From Minisyncoccota bacterium (GTDB taxonomy: Bacteria; Patescibacteriota; Minisyncoccia; Minisyncoccales; JAQTVQ01), in assembly GCA_041652155.1 (NCBI GenBank), contig JBAZHV010000002.1, positions 1 through 56,426 of the forward strand: a stretch of 56,426 bases of DNA, in the 5' to 3' direction. Both the position numbers and the translations under genes were made by a program. Shown one piece after another: positions 17,256 to 27,385 of this stretch. The notes beneath the pieces were generated by a model. That model searched no databases, was not told the DNA's origin, and saw only the letters and a program-made list of their open reading frames with translations. Each line of letters begins with the position of its first letter. Position 1 is the stretch's first letter.

Positions 17256-18749
17256 CTAGTAAGCTTGAGCGAATATCCATTGATATTTGGCCGGTTTCCC
17301 GCAATAAACGCACTTGCCCTCTTTTTCCCGGCCCTCCTTCGCTGAAGCTTCGGCGGGCGATGCGGGCAAACCCTCCTGACCGGCGGGTAAACACCTTGTT
17401 GTGGCTTTGGTTTCTTCTTTTATTTTGGCTTCGCATTCGGGATCTTCACACCAGTAAGCTTTGATGAAACCTTTGGGCCCGTTCATTATTTCCTTGAATT
17501 CATTATAGTCTTTGGCTTCGCGCGTGTTTTGCGCAAGGTAATCGCGGCTCTTTTGCAAAAGATCTTTTTGGATGTCGGCAAGCGCTTTTCCCGCTTCCGC
17601 TTTCAGGTCTTTAAGATCTACTGATATTTTTTGTCCGTCCATTCTGCGGGTCAGAGTTGCCTTTCCTTGTTCCAATTCTTTAGGTCCGAGTTCGATCCTC
17701 AACGGCACTCCTTTCAATTCCCATTCGTTGAATTTCCAGCCCACGGAATATCCTTCTCTCAAATCCAATTCCACGCGAAGATCGGACAGATCATTATCTT
17801 TTATTTCCTGGGCTCTCTTGATCACTTCTACGTCCCCTTCTTTGCCTCGGATGATCGGAATGATCACGACTTGTATCGGAGCCAATGCCGGAGGCAGAAC
17901 CAAACCGGAATCGTCGCCGTGGACCATTATCAAAGAAGCCAGGCTGCGGGTGGAAAGCCCCCAGGAAGTTTGCCAAGGCGTTGCTTTTTTGCCTTCCTGA
18001 TCCAAAAATTCTATGTTGAAAGACTTGGCGAAATTCTGCCCCAGATTGTGGGAAGTGGCGCTTTGCAAAGCGATCCCCGAAGGCATCAATGTTTCAAAAG
18101 TATAAGTGGCGTCCGCTCCCGGAAATTTCTCGCTTTCCGATTTGCGCCCGTCAATGCCGTCAATGGCAAAATAATTGCGGTAGATGTCTTTGTACTGCTC
18201 TATCGCCCAATCCACCTGTTCTTGCGCTTCTTGATTGGTGGCGTGGACCGTATGGCCCTCCTGCCACAAAAATTCGATATTGCGGATAAAAAATCTGGGC
18301 CTCTTTTCCCATCGCACCACGTTGCACCATTGGTTCACTTTATAGGGAAGGTCTCTCCAAGAGCTTATCCATTGGGCGAACATCGAATACATTATCGTCT
18401 CCGAGGTCGGACGGACCACGAGTTTTTCTTCCAGCTCTTTGCCTCCGCCGATCGTGACCACGGCCAATTCCGGCGCGAACCCCTTAACGTGTTCTTTTTC
18501 TTTTTGCAAAAAACTTTCCGGAATGAACATCGGGAAATAAGCATTCTTGACGCCGTTGGCTTTTATCTTCGCGTCCAAAAATTTCTGGACCAATTCCCAG
18601 ATGGCATAACTGTAAGGTTTGAAGATCATACAGCCCTTCACCGGAGAATGATCCGCCAGGCCCGATCTTACGACCACGTCTTGATACCATCCTGAAAAAT
18701 CTTCAGATCTTTTAACGAGATTTTTTTTATCGAATATTTTTTCTGCCAT
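17256..18749 (-). CDS. proS: Prolyl-tRNA synthetase, archaeal/eukaryote-like type with a Cys-rich C-terminus
   Basis: FSGWYQDVVVRSGLADHSPVKGCMIFKPYSYAIWE. C-terminal CEDPECE...CVYCGK. The likely start is MAEKIF at 18749, although the ORF track starts at 18800. Confidence 0.9.
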   Translation of the reverse strand: MAEKIFDKKNLVKRSEDFSGWYQDVVVRSGLADHSPVKGCMIFKPYSYAIWELVQKFLDAKIKANGVKNAYFPMFIPESFLQKEKEHVKGFAPELAVVTIGGGKELEEKLVVRPTSETIMYSMFAQWISSWRDLPYKVNQWCNVVRWEKRPRFFIRNIEFLWQEGHTVHATNQEAQEQVDWAIEQYKDIYRNYFAIDGIDGRKSESEKFPGADATYTFETLMPSGIALQSATSHNLGQNFAKSFNIEFLDQEGKKATPWQTSWGLSTRSLASLIMVHGDDSGLVLPPALAPIQVVIIPIIRGKEGDVEVIKRAQEIKDNDLSDLRVELDLREGYSVGWKFNEWELKGVPLRIELGPKELEQGKATLTRRMDGQKISVDLKDLKAEAGKALADIQKDLLQKSRDYLAQNTREAKDYNEFKEIMNGPKGFIKAYWCEDPECEAKIKEETKATTRCLPAGQEGLPASPAEASAKEGREKEGKCVYCGKPAKYQWIFAQAY

Positions 18750-18807
18750 ATCTTGCTCTGCCAAAATTCCCGTTGCTGCGTCCTCGGAGCAACAGCGCAA
18801 ATATTTA

Positions 18808-19938
18808 TCACTTGAAAATTATATCTTTAAAAACCCACAGATCTTTTGCCGTGATCAAAACGGCCAAGCCGATCAATATCAAAGCCCCAACCTGTTCTAT
18901 CCTGGCCTGAAGCTGCGAAGAAAATCTTTTTTTGTCGATCGCCTGCAAGCCGATGAAAACCAGTTTTCCTCCGTCGAAAGCGGGGATCGGCAGGATATTC
19001 GTCGTGGCCAAAGCCAGGGAAACCACCGCCAGCAAATTGACCAGTTCAAAAAATCCGCGGTCGATCGTAACTTTGGTGGCCGCAAAAATTCCCACCGGAC
19101 CGATGAAAGACGCCCCCAAAAGGTCCGTCGTTTTTTCCTTGAAAGAAGTTTCTATTATTTTTCCGATCGTGACAAAAGAAAAATGGGTGACGTTGACCGA
19201 ATGTAAAAATCCGGCGGCCAATTTGTCCGCGGGGTTCTTATAGCTTAACAAAGCAATGTCCGTCATCTGTATTCCTAAAATATGTTTTTCCGTTCCGGCT
19301 GGAAAATCAACGGTCAGCGTACGCTCCTTCTCCGTCTTCGTGTCTTTTAATATTAGATTTACCTGCTGGTCGGTCGAGCCGGCCATATAGCTTACGAGGT
19401 CTTGCGAACCGGAAAAAATTTTTCCGTTTGCCGAAAGAACGGCTTCTCTAGCCTGCATTCCGGCCTTTTCAGCCAAAGACCCTTCCTGCACGCGCAAAAC
19501 CATGGGATAATTCTGCTGGACGCCCAAAGGAAATTTATAATCGGAAAAAAATAATGGCTGCCAAAATTGAAAACCGGAAACGATGGCCAAACAATAGAAA
19601 AGAATAACGGTCAAAGCCAGGTTCATTAGAATGCCTCCTCCTATGATCCAAAGTTTTACCGAGGATTTTTGGGCCTCAAGGCTGCGGGGATTTCCGGCCG
19701 CGTCGGCATCGTTCGTATCTTCGCCCAATATTCTGTTGTAGCCGCCGAAAGGTATCAAACCCAGGCCGTATTCGGTTTCTCCTATTTTCTTTTTATAGAT
19801 GATCGGCGGAAACCCCAAAACGAATTCTTCCACTTTGACCCCGTTGCGTTTGGCCGCCCAAAAATGGCCGAGCTCGTGAACGAAAACGGCCCCGCCGATA
19901 ATGACGATAAACGCCAAAATTGTAAGTAATAATGCCAT
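18808..19938 (-). CDS. rseP: Site-2 (RIP) zinc metalloprotease RseP
   Basis: HELGHFWAAK HExxH motif, a central PDZ-like region and a polytopic membrane topology. Confidence 0.85.
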   Translation of the reverse strand: MALLLTILAFIVIIGGAVFVHELGHFWAAKRNGVKVEEFVLGFPPIIYKKKIGETEYGLGLIPFGGYNRILGEDTNDADAAGNPRSLEAQKSSVKLWIIGGGILMNLALTVILFYCLAIVSGFQFWQPLFFSDYKFPLGVQQNYPMVLRVQEGSLAEKAGMQAREAVLSANGKIFSGSQDLVSYMAGSTDQQVNLILKDTKTEKERTLTVDFPAGTEKHILGIQMTDIALLSYKNPADKLAAGFLHSVNVTHFSFVTIGKIIETSFKEKTTDLLGASFIGPVGIFAATKVTIDRGFFELVNLLAVVSLALATTNILPIPAFDGGKLVFIGLQAIDKKRFSSQLQARIEQVGALILIGLAVLITAKDLWVFKDIIFK

Positions 19939-19984
19939 TTGATTCTTCGTTGAGCCTCGGCCGCTTCCAAGCGGGAAAAGCTCC

Positions 19985-20545
19985 TTACTCCTCGAGCTCT
20001 TTTTGTTTATTTTTGATCATCGTCTCGATCTTCTTGTTGTATTCGTCAACGATCTTTTGCAAATCATCTTTTCCTCTGAATTTATCGTCTTCTCTCACTA
20101 TTCCTTCTTTCTCCGCTTTCTGCAAATTGGACCAAGCCTCATCGCGGAAATGCCTTATGGTCTTTTTTGCTTCTTCTTCCGCTTGCGAAAGGGTCTTGAT
20201 CAGCGTCTTGCGAAGTTCGGTTGATAATGACGGCAAATTGACCTTAACGCCGTCCTGATCGACGGAACAGCCGATCCCCGATCCGTGTTGCGATATCGCT
20301 CTTTGGATAGGATCCATATAAGAAGAGTCCCAGCATTGGATCAATAACTGTTGCGAATTGAGGACCGAGATGGCGCCTAACTGTTTGACCGGCATTTTCT
20401 CGCCGAAAATTTCCACTTGAATGTTCTCCACCAAAGCCGGACTGGCTCTGCCGGTGCGGATCGTAGACAATTTATTCTGGAAATAAGCAATCGCCTTATC
20501 CAGTTCGGGTTTAATGGAGTCAATAATTTGTTTGTAGGACGTCAT
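19985..20545 (-). CDS. frr: Ribosome recycling factor
   Basis: LSTIRTGRASPALVENIQVE motif and 186 aa length. Confidence 0.9.
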   Translation of the reverse strand: MTSYKQIIDSIKPELDKAIAYFQNKLSTIRTGRASPALVENIQVEIFGEKMPVKQLGAISVLNSQQLLIQCWDSSYMDPIQRAISQHGSGIGCSVDQDGVKVNLPSLSTELRKTLIKTLSQAEEEAKKTIRHFRDEAWSNLQKAEKEGIVREDDKFRGKDDLQKIVDEYNKKIETMIKNKQKELEE

Positions 20546-20631
20546 AATTATTTTTGCTTTTTATTTTCTTACCAGCCCGGTCTTTGGGCCGCTCGAACGG
20601 CCTGCGGATCGAGATGATAATTATTTTTAAA

Positions 20632-21537
20632 TTAAATATTTAAATTTAACATTAAATTTTCCAAAGCCAGTCTTTGATTGGCATTGGTCGTTTTTATCAA
20701 ACAGACGGTATCTTCCAATGCTTTTATTCCCCGCACCAATCCCGGCCTGCCTTCGGGATGCTGAAGCAACAAGCGCCTCAACTCTCTTTCCCAAAGATCC
20801 AGTATCCCGATCACGGTCTCGGGCGAATCGGTTATTTTTTTGACGTATCCGAACCTTTCCGGGATGCCGGACTTGAGCATCAAACCTATATCTTTTATCT
20901 CTTGCTCTTGGATCTTGACCTTCTCGGGATCATTTAAAAAATCTATCGCCTGTCCGGGCCTTCCCAAAGACAGATCGGCGATCTCTCCGGCTTTTAACCT
21001 GTCCGCTCCCAAGCTTATCAAATGATCTTCTATTTCTTTTTGGCTGACCAAAGGAAATTTCAACACCTGCACCCTTGAAAACACCGTTTTCAAAAGCATC
21101 TGCGGGCTGTGGGTCACCAAAATAAGCAGAGTGTCGCCCTTAGGCTCTTCCAAAGTTTTTAAAAGGCTGTTTTGCGCGTCAGACTCGGCCAAATGGATAT
21201 CGTCGATTATGCCCACTTTTATTTTAGCACTATATGGTTTCAATGACAGCCGCCACCCAAAATCGCGGATCTGGGCTATTTTTATGGCTCCTTCCTGCGC
21301 AAGGACCAAAGATAGATCGGGATGCGATCTGCTGGCGACATCCGAGCAGGCACGGCATTTTTGGCAAGGCCGATCGCCCGGCTCTCCTTCCTGGCAGAAA
21401 ATAAACTTGGCTGTCTCAATGGCCAAAGTTTTCTTTCCTATTTTTTCGGGTCCGGCAAACAAAAGAGCGTGAGGCAATTTTCCAGCCTCTGCCATACCTT
21501 TTAAGATCTGCCATTGTTTTTTCAGACCGGCTATCAT
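20632..21537 (-). CDS. holB: DNA polymerase III delta-prime subunit
   Basis: HALLFAGPEKIGKKTLA Walker-like motif and CQKCRACSDV zinc module. Confidence 0.8.
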   Translation of the reverse strand: MIAGLKKQWQILKGMAEAGKLPHALLFAGPEKIGKKTLAIETAKFIFCQEGEPGDRPCQKCRACSDVASRSHPDLSLVLAQEGAIKIAQIRDFGWRLSLKPYSAKIKVGIIDDIHLAESDAQNSLLKTLEEPKGDTLLILVTHSPQMLLKTVFSRVQVLKFPLVSQKEIEDHLISLGADRLKAGEIADLSLGRPGQAIDFLNDPEKVKIQEQEIKDIGLMLKSGIPERFGYVKKITDSPETVIGILDLWERELRRLLLQHPEGRPGLVRGIKALEDTVCLIKTTNANQRLALENLMLNLNI

Positions 21538-21616
21538 TGTCTTTCTGACCCTTGGCCGCTTTCCGCCATCCGACGGATGGTAGAGTCAAAAACGGCAAAA
21601 GTTTTGAACAAACTTA

Positions 21617-22621
21617 TTAAAGTTTCTTGGTCATCACGCTTCTCTTATAAAAATCAAGATTCTCGAGCATCAAGCCCGCTCCTTTGGCTACGCAGCGCAA
21701 AGGATCGTCGGCAACGAAACAAGGGACGCCCACCGACTGGGAGACCAAGGTGGCGATATTGCGGATAAGAGCGCCGCCGCCGGCCATAACCATTCCTTTA
21801 TTCATGATATCGGCGGCCAATTCCGGAGGAGTGTCCCTCAACACGTCTTTCACGCACTGGATTATTTCTTTAAGGGTGTCTTCTATCGCGGCGCAGATCT
21901 CGTTGGAAGAAACCTTGATGGTCTTGGGCAGGCCCAAGATCAGGTCCCTTCCCCTGATTTCCAGTATCTTGGGTTCTTTTTCGGTGATAGCCGTGCCGAT
22001 CTTTATTTTCGTCTCTTCGACTGTTTGATCGCCGATAGCGAGATTATACTTGTCTTTAATATATTGCGTAATGGCAAGGTCGAGCTTGTCTCCGGCAACG
22101 CGGATAGACCTCCCCGATACTATGCCTCCCAAAGATATGACCGCGACCTCCGATGTTCCTCCGCCTATATCCAATATTAAATGTCCGGAGCAGGAATTGA
22201 TAGGTATGCCCGCGCCGATGGCCGACAAGATCGATTCTTTGGCGATGAAAACTTCTTTGGCGCCGGCCAAAATACCGGCTTCGATCACGGCTCTTTTCTC
22301 GGTCGAAGTGATGCCGACAGGCACGCCGATCAGCAATTCAGGTTTTATAAAACGATTGAAACCCGTGCAAACCTTTCTCATAAAATACATCAGCATTGCT
22401 TGGGTGATGCGATGATCGGCGATGACGCCGTCTTTTAACGGACGGAATATTTGAATATTGTCCGGAGTGCGCCCGACCATTTCTTTAGCATCTTTGCCAA
22501 CGGCCAATATTTTGTTTTCGCCCAAAGAAACCGCGATGACAGACGGCTCGTCCAAAACCACGCCTTTCTTGGGAAGAAAAACCAATGAATTCTTTGTTCC
22601 TAGATCTATGCCAATTTTCAT
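21617..22621 (-). CDS. mreB: MreB-family actin-like protein (copy 2, divergent)
   Basis: IGIDLGTKNSLVF, ILDIGGGTSEVAVI and MAGGGALIRNI motifs. Confidence 0.85.
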   Translation of the reverse strand: MKIGIDLGTKNSLVFLPKKGVVLDEPSVIAVSLGENKILAVGKDAKEMVGRTPDNIQIFRPLKDGVIADHRITQAMLMYFMRKVCTGFNRFIKPELLIGVPVGITSTEKRAVIEAGILAGAKEVFIAKESILSAIGAGIPINSCSGHLILDIGGGTSEVAVISLGGIVSGRSIRVAGDKLDLAITQYIKDKYNLAIGDQTVEETKIKIGTAITEKEPKILEIRGRDLILGLPKTIKVSSNEICAAIEDTLKEIIQCVKDVLRDTPPELAADIMNKGMVMAGGGALIRNIATLVSQSVGVPCFVADDPLRCVAKGAGLMLENLDFYKRSVMTKKL

Positions 22622-22629
22622 ATAAACAA

Positions 22630-23898
22630 TTAACTCTTTATGCGCTGGATGTCTGCGCCCAATTTTTGAAGCTTCTCCTCCATTTTCTCGTACCCTCTGT
22701 CTATTTGATAAATATTTTCAACGATCGTGGTGCCCTTGGCCATAAGGCCGGCAATGACCAGCGACGCTCCGGCTCTGATGTCCCAGCTTTCAATGTTAAC
22801 CCCGCTCAATTGCGTTTTGCCGAAAATAAGAACTCTGTGAGGGTCCACCACTTCGATATCCGCTCCCATCTTTTTCAGCTCTTGCGTATAATTAAGCCTG
22901 CTCTCATAGAGCGGGTCATGGACCAAACTCTTTCCCTGGGCCTGGGTCAGCAGAGGAACAGTTAAAGGCAAAAAGTCCGTAGCGAAACCCGGGAAAGGCA
23001 ATGCCTGGATGCGCACGGATCTCAATTCCGGCGAACCGTAAACCTCCACGAAATCCGGGCCCTTTCTTAGTTTCACTCCCATCTCCTGCAATTTGTCCAA
23101 AAATAAATACAAATGATCCGGTATGGCGTTCTTGACCATCACCTTATCGTTGGTCAAAGAACTTAATACGATAAAAGTGGCGGCCTCGTTCACGTCGGGA
23201 ATGATCTTGTAATCAACTCCCGAAAGTTTCTTCTGGCCCTCTATCTTCAATGTATGGTTTCCGACCCCTTCGATCTTGGCTCCCATTTTGATAAGCTGCC
23301 AGCAAAGATCTTGGACCTGCGGTTCGCACGCCGCCCCTTTGATGATCGTAGTACCTTCGGCCAGCGATGCGGCCAGGATCAAATTTTCAGTGGCGGTCAC
23401 GGAGAATTCTTTCAAAATGATCTCCTGCCCGCGCAATTCTTCTCTTTTAAAATGATAAAAATTGTCTTCCGCGAAAGACTGCGCGCCCAAAGCTTCCAGC
23501 GCTTTGAGGTGGGTGAAGATCGGCCTCAACCCTATCCTGTCCCCGCCGGGACGTGCGATCTTAAATTCTTTAAAACGCGCTATCAGCGCTCCGATCAATA
23601 GAACGGAAATGCGGGATTTGCTGACCAGCACGGGATCTATTTTTTCCGGATCGACATTCGAACCGGCTTTCAATCTCAACTCATTTTTTCCCGTCCAAGA
23701 AACTTCCACTCCCATTCCTTTCAGAACCTCAACAAGCCGAAAAACGTCTTCAACCAATGGGACGTTGGAAAGACGGCATTCTTCTTCGGTCAATAAAATA
23801 GCGGCCAAGGCCGGTCCCGCCGCGTTTTTATAGCCGCCGATTTCCACCTCTCCCGACAGATATTTCCCTCCTTTTATAACAAATTTCTCTTCCATCAA
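22630..23898 (-). CDS. murA: UDP-N-acetylglucosamine 1-carboxyvinyltransferase
   Basis: Full-length MurA pattern (KNAAGPALAAILL...RPGGDRIGLRPI...). Confidence 0.9.
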   Translation of the reverse strand: MMEEKFVIKGGKYLSGEVEIGGYKNAAGPALAAILLTEEECRLSNVPLVEDVFRLVEVLKGMGVEVSWTGKNELRLKAGSNVDPEKIDPVLVSKSRISVLLIGALIARFKEFKIARPGGDRIGLRPIFTHLKALEALGAQSFAEDNFYHFKREELRGQEIILKEFSVTATENLILAASLAEGTTIIKGAACEPQVQDLCWQLIKMGAKIEGVGNHTLKIEGQKKLSGVDYKIIPDVNEAATFIVLSSLTNDKVMVKNAIPDHLYLFLDKLQEMGVKLRKGPDFVEVYGSPELRSVRIQALPFPGFATDFLPLTVPLLTQAQGKSLVHDPLYESRLNYTQELKKMGADIEVVDPHRVLIFGKTQLSGVNIESWDIRAGASLVIAGLMAKGTTIVENIYQIDRGYEKMEEKLQKLGADIQRIKS

Positions 23899-24073
23899 GG
23901 GTATATTATCTTAATTTTTTTTGATTGGCAAGCCCGATTTTTTGGGCTATAATGAGCAAAATCAGCTATAAAACGCTCATCCGTTATCAATAATTTCGGT
24001 GTTCGATCTCCCGAATACGGGTCCGACATTTCCTCTCCCTTTATCCCGGGTCCGGGACTCCGCACCGTAAAAC

Positions 24074-25474
24074 ATGACTAAAAAATTACGTACGATCCTT
24101 TTCTCCGTCCTATCGGTCATCTTTATCATAGTTGCCGCCAGCGCCATCTTTTACGCGCAAGGGTACCGTTTTGACGCAAAATCCTTGAAGTTCATGAAAA
24201 CCGGAGCGATCTTCATCAAGGTTTCTCCATCGAACGCCAAAATAACGCTGGACCAAAAACCGATGGGACGGACGCAAATAATATCGGATTACCTGTTCAT
24301 CCAAAGCCTTGTCCCCAAAGAATACGTCATAAAAGCGGAAAAAGAAGGATACCTGCCATGGACCAAAACATTGGCGGTCAAAGCGATGGAAGTTTCCGAA
24401 GCCAGGAATGTGGTCCTTTTCCCGGAAAATATAAATTTTCCGAACGCCAGGAACGGATTGGAAAAAATGCAATATTTGGGAGGAGACAGAGCCGTCCTGA
24501 CCTACGCCGGGTCGGACAGCCCTTTTAAATTATCCGTTTACGATCTCTCCAGCGGCCAGGAAACCGATCTCTCTCCTGCCAATTCTTTGCTGGAAAATTA
24601 TGATCTGTCCGGCCTGAAGATACTCGACCCTCAAAATCTGCTTTTGATCCTTCAAAACAAAAAAACAGAAAAAACAGAATACTTTTTAGCCGGGACGGAT
24701 TCGTCCCAAGAGGCTCCGCAAAAAATTAGCTTTTTAACCAAAAACTCTAAAAATGCCATGCTGATCGATTCTTTCGGGGAGAGATCTTTGCTCTGGCAGG
24801 AAAAAAAATGGATATTTAAAAAAACCTTGGGATCAAGCGAACCCGCCTTCCGTTTTTTTGACGAAGAAACGGCCGCTTTCGCCTTGTCCGGAAATTATTT
24901 CTATTTCCTGACCGAAAAAGGCCGTCTTTTGGAAATGGACAAAAATAAGAACTTCCCGGAGCGGGAACTGGCAAAAAATGCTCCCTTCGAACTCTTGGGA
25001 GCGGAAAACGGGCAGGACTGCGAACTGTTAATTTTCGGAGACGAAATAATGCTAAAAGGCGAAGGAAACCTTTATCTGCTGGACCGGACGAAAAACGAAT
25101 TCAAAAAAATATTCGAGGGAGTCAAAAATATAGAACTTTCTCCGGCCAAAGACAAGATTCTTTGCCAATTGCAAAAAGAATTATGGGTCATCCTTCTTAG
25201 CGACATAGACGTTCCGTTCAAAGAAAAAAAGGGCGCGGAACTTTTCATTTCCAGGTTCAGCCAGGAAATCCAGGATGCCGGCTGGATCGCGAACGATTAT
25301 TTCGCTTTTTCCGTATCCAACCAGATAAAAATAAGCGAGATAGACAACCGTTCCCAGCCGAACATTTACGACATATCAAAATTCAACGATCCCAAGCTGC
25401 TGTTCGGCCAAAAAGCGAAAAAACTGTATATCTTAAGCGACGGTTCTCTGTTCGCGTCGGACAAATTGTTCTAA
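24074..25474 (+). CDS. Membrane-anchored protein with an N-terminal PEGA-like domain
   Basis: N-terminal TM helix followed by VSPSNAKITLDQKPMGRT...VIKAEKEGYLPWTKTL. The rest has no recognised motif. Confidence 0.55.
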   Translation: MTKKLRTILFSVLSVIFIIVAASAIFYAQGYRFDAKSLKFMKTGAIFIKVSPSNAKITLDQKPMGRTQIISDYLFIQSLVPKEYVIKAEKEGYLPWTKTLAVKAMEVSEARNVVLFPENINFPNARNGLEKMQYLGGDRAVLTYAGSDSPFKLSVYDLSSGQETDLSPANSLLENYDLSGLKILDPQNLLLILQNKKTEKTEYFLAGTDSSQEAPQKISFLTKNSKNAMLIDSFGERSLLWQEKKWIFKKTLGSSEPAFRFFDEETAAFALSGNYFYFLTEKGRLLEMDKNKNFPERELAKNAPFELLGAENGQDCELLIFGDEIMLKGEGNLYLLDRTKNEFKKIFEGVKNIELSPAKDKILCQLQKELWVILLSDIDVPFKEKKGAELFISRFSQEIQDAGWIANDYFAFSVSNQIKISEIDNRSQPNIYDISKFNDPKLLFGQKAKKLYILSDGSLFASDKLF

Positions 25475-25496
25475 GCTCTTTCCCTGCTATCTAATC

Positions 25497-25531
25497 AAAA
25501 AACCTCATCGGTATCATCGATGAGGTTTTTT
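25497..25531. terminator. Bidirectional intrinsic terminator between convergent genes
   Basis: aaaaacctcatcg-gtatcat-cgatgaggtttttt. Confidence 0.7.
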
Positions 25532-25555
25532 GATCGAACATTTTTGTATTGTATT

Positions 25556-26401
25556 TTAACGCTTGGAATATTTTCCGATATCGGCCGAGTAATGATCTTT
25601 GATCGCCGCCGATCCCAACGCTTTATTGTAAATGCGGACAGTATCTATAAACCCTCTGAAGTAACAACCGTCGCTTCTCCTTCCGATCCAAACAGGGTTC
25701 GTAGAAGTGGCCACCGTCGAAATACTCCAAGCCTGCTTGAGCTGGCCGTTGATATAGGTTTTCAAAGTTCCCGAAGAGATGTCTCTGACAACGACCCACT
25801 GGGTCCAGGCCAGCGGAACTTCCCCTCCCGGAGCATTATATTTGTAAACGGCAGAGCCGTTATAAAACCTGTAGCCTTCTACTCCTGCGTCATCGGGCAG
25901 GTCCATTATCCACCCCGGCGAGTAAGTGGCGGCTATGGAATATCTACCGTTGGTCGCGATAGCGGTGTCCGGTTTGAACCAAGCTTCTATGGTAAAACTC
26001 TTGTCTCCTATCTCCAGACTGGGATCGGCGCCGCAATCAAGATATTGGGCTGAACCGCTATACTGCAAACATCCGCCTTCGATGCATTGCTCGCTGGCGG
26101 CCCAAGACGGAGCGTGGCCCGCGAGGTTGCAATTATTGGACCCCCAGGAATCTTTAGCAGTAACGCCGGAAGCGTCATCAGCCCCCCATTCGGCAATAAT
26201 GGAATACGACATTGAGGCCCTCATCGAGGTCGAAAAACTTTTAGCCTTGGCTATTCTTGCGCTGTCGGTAGCGCCGCCCAGGTTTACTACGATCAGTCCC
26301 GCCAAAATGCCAATGATGGCTACGACTACCAGAAGCTCTATAAGGGTAAAACCTTTGGCAAGTTCAAAATTCCGCCCCCTGAATTTTATTTGAGAGATCA
26401 T
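25556..26401 (-). CDS. Type IV pilin-like protein with a LamG (concanavalin A-like lectin) domain, solitary copy
   Basis: Prepilin motif AKG|FTLIELLVVVAIIGILAG. CIEGGCLQY and TVRIYNKAL are LamG-type motifs. The likely start is MISQIK at 26401, although the ORF track starts at 26494. Confidence 0.8.
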   Translation of the reverse strand: MISQIKFRGRNFELAKGFTLIELLVVVAIIGILAGLIVVNLGGATDSARIAKAKSFSTSMRASMSYSIIAEWGADDASGVTAKDSWGSNNCNLAGHAPSWAASEQCIEGGCLQYSGSAQYLDCGADPSLEIGDKSFTIEAWFKPDTAIATNGRYSIAATYSPGWIMDLPDDAGVEGYRFYNGSAVYKYNAPGGEVPLAWTQWVVVRDISSGTLKTYINGQLKQAWSISTVATSTNPVWIGRRSDGCYFRGFIDTVRIYNKALGSAAIKDHYSADIGKYSKR

Positions 26402-26537
26402 ATGTTTCCATTTTACCAAAACCAGCAAAAAAATAAACCGCGCCGAAAACTTCCTTTGTCGTAAAACAGATGAAGCCAGACGAACTGTACGCATTTAATA
26501 AAACGCCTCGCACTTTCGTGCGAGGTGTTCAAAACCC

Positions 26538-27035
26538 TTAACGAGTTTTTTGGACCAGATGTCTTCTTCTGCTTTGATCGCATTTCATGATCCATCTGAA
26601 AACTTTTGAAGTTTTTTGTTTTTCTATCTTTTCAAGATCTGCTGCAACGTCTATGAACTCTGGAGGCAGGTCGCCGGCATTATAAGACATCTCTGCCAGC
26701 TGATCTGCTATCATTTTTCTGATCTCTTTCACTTCATTCAAAGTGAAAGGATTTAAATATTCCCCCAGCAATTGCGGCATTTCGTGAAAAGCTTCCAGAC
26801 GATATTCTCCACTCCTATCATATTTTCTTTTTACCAAAAGTACTGTTGTAAGATCTCCTGTTTCTTTAATTTTCTCAACTATCAATTTTGCCTTGGAAAT
26901 CCTACATTTATTCTTCCCGGAAGATCTGTTTCTCCTTCTTTTCGCGATCGCGCGCTTTACAATAGCCTCGACCTTTCTATTTTTGCGCTTCAAGGTCGCT
27001 TCGGCTACCATGTTCTTCTTTTTAGAAGTAGACAT
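26538..27035 (-). CDS. Hypothetical protein with a highly basic N-terminus
   Basis: 165-aa ORF with no recognised motif. Confidence 0.45.
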   Translation of the reverse strand: MSTSKKKNMVAEATLKRKNRKVEAIVKRAIAKRRRNRSSGKNKCRISKAKLIVEKIKETGDLTTVLLVKRKYDRSGEYRLEAFHEMPQLLGEYLNPFTLNEVKEIRKMIADQLAEMSYNAGDLPPEFIDVAADLEKIEKQKTSKVFRWIMKCDQSRRRHLVQKTR

Positions 27036-27220
27036 ATTTTATTTAAAATTTATGTACAGAGGACGACACCCTCTGTTGTAAAACAGCTTTCTCTCCTTAT
27101 AGATTGACCGGCGCTCTTTGTCAAATCCGCCCCGCGATCCATCGAGAAATATTTTATACGAGCCAGCCCCGTGGATCAAAAACTACCTAGGTGACACCTA
27201 GATAATTTTTAATAGTAATA

Positions 27221-27252
27221 AAAAGTGGGCAAGGTGTCACCTTGCCCACTTT
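27221..27252. repeat. 32-nt hairpin element, copy 2. It is identical to 13137-13168 and in the same orientation.
   Basis: Direct comparison of the two sites. Confidence 0.75.
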
Positions 27253-27356
27253 GCTTGCCCGTTTTACGCGATCGACGGGGTTCTTACGGGTCTTACGGGT
27301 CGGACCCGTATGACGGGTCCGACCCAGGTAAATTCCTGCGCGGGCCGCACTTCAAC

Positions 27357-27385
27357 AAAAAGCGCACCGAGGGGTGCGCTTTTTG
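27357..27385 (-). terminator. Intrinsic terminator downstream of rpsI
   Basis: aaaa-agcgcacc-gagg-ggtgcgct-ttttt. Confidence 0.7.

Noticed and set aside
17631-18695. 354-aa plus-strand ORF
   Set aside because: It is antisense to proS and has no recognisable domain.
23920-23945. Third partial match (caagcccgatt) to the island 17-mer
   Set aside because: Only 11 nt are shared, which is within chance expectation for this window size. It sits in a promoter-like region of an unrelated gene.
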